Positions 61,497-64,000 of a DNA stretch of 64,000 nt are shown piece after piece. Numbering within the stretch: position 1 is the first letter of the stretch; each line of letters starts with the position of its first letter. This DNA is from Thiomonas sp. Lineage in GTDB: Bacteria > Pseudomonadota > Gammaproteobacteria > Burkholderiales > Burkholderiaceae_C. The notes beneath the pieces were generated by a model, which was not told where the DNA came from, made no database searches, and worked only from the letters and a program-made list of their open reading frames with translations. The position numbers were made by a program, and so were the translations under genes. The stretch covers positions 155 to 64,154 of the forward strand of contig DAICZP010000091.1 of assembly GCA_027311065.1 (NCBI GenBank). Direction: 5' to 3'.

Positions 61497-62665
61497 GGGC
61501 CGGCCCCGTGGACGGCTTCGCAAACATGGATGGTCGCCTGTTTGCCCATGGGTGATCTGTAGTGGCGATCAATGCTTTCGCACAGGCGCGGAATACGCGC
61601 GCGCGGGAGCACTGCCACGACGCAACCGCCAAATCCGCCACCGGTCATGCGCGCCCCTCCCTCCCCGGCGATCGCCTCCTCGGCGATCATGACCAATTGG
61701 TCGATGGCCGGAACGGTGATCTCGAAATCATCGCGCATCGAGCAGTGCGATGCTTGCATGCGCCGCCCCAGGCCGCGCACATCACCGCGCCACAGGCACT
61801 CGGCGGCCTCGACAGTACGGACGTTTTCGGAGATCACATGACGCGCACGCCGCAAAACGACAGGGTCGAGCGCATCGCCCGCCCGCTCCAGCATGGCGGG
61901 ATCAGCATCGCGCAGCGCAACCACGCCCAGCGCTTGCGCTGCGGATTCACATTGCGCGCGCCGCGCGTTGTACGCGCTATCGACCAAACCGCGATTGACG
62001 CCCGAATGCACCACGACCACGCCGAGCCCGGGATCCATCGGCACCGCGCGCGTCTGCAGGGATCGGCAGTCGAGCAGCATGGCGTGGCTGGCGATCGCGC
62101 ATGCCGAGACCATCTGATCCATGATGCCGCAATTGCAGCCGACGAAGTCGTTCTCGGCCCGCTGCGCGATCCCGGCGAGATCGCTGCCGCACAAGTCCTC
62201 CAGGCCGTAAGCCTGCTTGAGCGCCTGCGCCAACGCCACCTCGAGAGAAGCGGATGACGACAGCCCCGCGCCCCTGGGGACATCACCGGCGATGGCGAGA
62301 TTGATTCCATGCGGCAGATCGACATGCCGACGCATTTCATGCACCACGCCACGCACGTAATTCGCCCAGCCGAAGGCGGGGTGCTTCGCGATCGGCGCCG
62401 TCAGCTCGAAAACATCCTGTTGTGCATCAAAGTCCGCGGCCACGACCCGTACCTGGGTATCGGTGCGAGCGCGCGCGGCGACCCAGGTGCGAAACCCGAT
62501 CGCACAAGGCAGCACAAAGCCATCGTTGTAGTCGGTATGCTCACCAATCAGGTTGACGCGCCCCGGCGCCTGCGCGCAGAGGTGCGGTAACCCTCCATAC
62601 GCGACGCGAAAGATCTCCTCCAGTCTTGCGGGAGGTGCTGACGTCGATACTGCCGCTGTTTGCAT
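61490..62665 (-). CDS. galK: Galactokinase
   Basis: APGRVNLIGEHTDYNDG, GAGLSSSAS, CGIMDQ and GARMTGGGFGG. Confidence 0.96.
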   Translation of the reverse strand: MQTAAVSTSAPPARLEEIFRVAYGGLPHLCAQAPGRVNLIGEHTDYNDGFVLPCAIGFRTWVAARARTDTQVRVVAADFDAQQDVFELTAPIAKHPAFGWANYVRGVVHEMRRHVDLPHGINLAIAGDVPRGAGLSSSASLEVALAQALKQAYGLEDLCGSDLAGIAQRAENDFVGCNCGIMDQMVSACAIASHAMLLDCRSLQTRAVPMDPGLGVVVVHSGVNRGLVDSAYNARRAQCESAAQALGVVALRDADPAMLERAGDALDPVVLRRARHVISENVRTVEAAECLWRGDVRGLGRRMQASHCSMRDDFEITVPAIDQLVMIAEEAIAGEGGARMTGGGFGGCVVAVLPRARIPRLCESIDRHYRSPMGKQATIHVCEAVHGAGPC

Positions 62666-62719
62666 GGACACGCATGACCTCGCTTCGGGCGCACCGCGTC
62701 GGGGGCGCGCACGCTCGCT

Positions 62720-64000
62720 TTACTCGACGCACTCGGCGCGCGACATGGCGGCAGCCGCCAGCGCCGGATCGCCTTGAACGGGATGAACGCGCTCCACACC
62801 GGCATCGCGGCTGACGATGCGGCAATGTCGACGCGCAAAGTCGACCTCCAGCTTGATCTCGGATCGCGCGTCAACCTGGGGTTCATCGGTGCGCCAGCAC
62901 AAGGCCAGACGACCATGTTCCTGATCAAGCAATTCGAACCGACCCGAAAACGCTGGGTGGGTATTCCGCAAGCGGATGAGGCGCAGAAGATCCTGGACCA
63001 CCTCGCGCTCCAGCTCCCGCTCCACCTCGGCCCGTGTATAGCGGTGGCGGTTGATATCCCGGCCGACGCGAGTCTGCTGCAGCAAATCGATGTCGTTGCG
63101 CCCGGCAAGCAAGCCCACGTAGTAGACCTGCGGCACGCCAGGCAGGAAAAACTGCACCGCACGCGCGATCAGGTAAGCCTTGTCGTCGCCCCCGAGCGCA
63201 TCGTAGAAGGTGCAATTGACCTGATAGAGATCCAGATTTGAGGCCGCCGCACCGGTGGCCTGTCGGCTTTGACCGTCACTGTTGACATGAATGGTCTCGA
63301 CCAGTCGGTCGATGTCGGTGCTGGAAAGGAGCCCGGGATGGCCTGCACGATCCTCTGCATCGGCCCCGACATCAATGATGCCGATCCCGTCATGGGTATC
63401 AAGCACGGTGAGTGCATTTTGCGGTCGGACTTCGATCCAACGCACCAGCGGAGCCGCATCCCCGGTGAACAAGGCATGAAGCACAAGCGGCGGCAATGCG
63501 AAGTCGTACACCCAATCGACGCGTTTGGCGATTTCAATCTGTCGTCGATAATAGGAGTGGACTTCGACCAGCACCTCCAGACCGGCGCGTGCCGCCAGTG
63601 CTGCGAATGCATCGATGAAGCCGAACGTTTCCGGCATCATGAAACAGCTCGCACCGGGAAGTTTTACCGCATAGCCAACGGCATCGAGTCGAACCATTTT
63701 TACGCCGCTTTTGGCGAGTTGCTCGAGAATGCCTTGCAAGTAGGCCTGCGCCTGCGGTGACTCCACATTGATGTCGACCTGCTTGGACGTGAAGGTGGTC
63801 CACAGCAGACGACGCTCGCCGTTGAGCAGCGTCACCACGGTGAAGGGCAGGCCCGGGCGCGGACGATAAATGTTGAGCAGATCACGCTCGGTCGCGCCCT
63901 CCGGGAACACTGCATCGAAGGTCAGAAACAGCCCGTTGAAGCTCGAAGCACGCCCATGCAGCGAAAAGTCCTTGAACTGCACTGAGTCTGACGACATATG
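62720..64000 (-). CDS. gtfA: Sucrose phosphorylase, GH13_18 (partial; 5' end outside the window)
   Basis: The frame is open to the window edge (..HMSSDS, region I). RLDAVGY, EVHSY, LDTHDGIG and ASNLDLYQVN are present. Confidence 0.9.
   Translation of the reverse strand, partial: HMSSDSVQFKDFSLHGRASSFNGLFLTFDAVFPEGATERDLLNIYRPRPGLPFTVVTLLNGERRLLWTTFTSKQVDINVESPQAQAYLQGILEQLAKSGVKMVRLDAVGYAVKLPGASCFMMPETFGFIDAFAALAARAGLEVLVEVHSYYRRQIEIAKRVDWVYDFALPPLVLHALFTGDAAPLVRWIEVRPQNALTVLDTHDGIGIIDVGADAEDRAGHPGLLSSTDIDRLVETIHVNSDGQSRQATGAAASNLDLYQVNCTFYDALGGDDKAYLIARAVQFFLPGVPQVYYVGLLAGRNDIDLLQQTRVGRDINRHRYTRAEVERELEREVVQDLLRLIRLRNTHPAFSGRFELLDQEHGRLALCWRTDEPQVDARSEIKLEVDFARRHCRIVSRDAGVERVHPVQGDPALAAAAMSRAECVE

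Overview
A high-GC window with Burkholderiales-like core gene order (taxon is inferred), in three blocks. (1) Positions 1-12.66 kb are housekeeping: rplY (partial), prs, tRNA-Gln, ispE, lolB, a TPR protein, mutM, mutY, rapZ, recN, nadK, hrcA, an orphan FimT-type pilin and tRNA-Ile2(CAT). (2) Positions ~12.66-41.67 kb look like a decayed genomic island anchored at the tRNA. An AlpA/Xis-like gene sits at the left end. A gutted tyrosine integrase, a RepA-like helicase fragment, an IS5 remnant and an intact higBA pair sit at the right end. The cargo is a Cache-GGDEF cyclase, a tartrate/D-malate operon with its own pyk and eno, an 11-gene CoA/beta-oxidation catabolic cluster of unknown substrate, an intact IS630 carrying a DUF6429-like passenger gene, and an unexplained module (PolA-motif ORF, wHTH, stand-alone MASE1, tiny lipoprotein, secreted protein). 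(3) Positions 41.77-64 kb are a raffinose/sucrose/galactoside utilisation locus: ABC transporter, GH36, galT, galK, GH31, GH32, sucrose phosphorylase (partial), MFS and a TonB-dependent receptor. It has three LacI-type operators and an embedded flavin-dependent halogenase. No CRISPR array or rRNA was seen. All family assignments come from recalled motifs; no database search was run.
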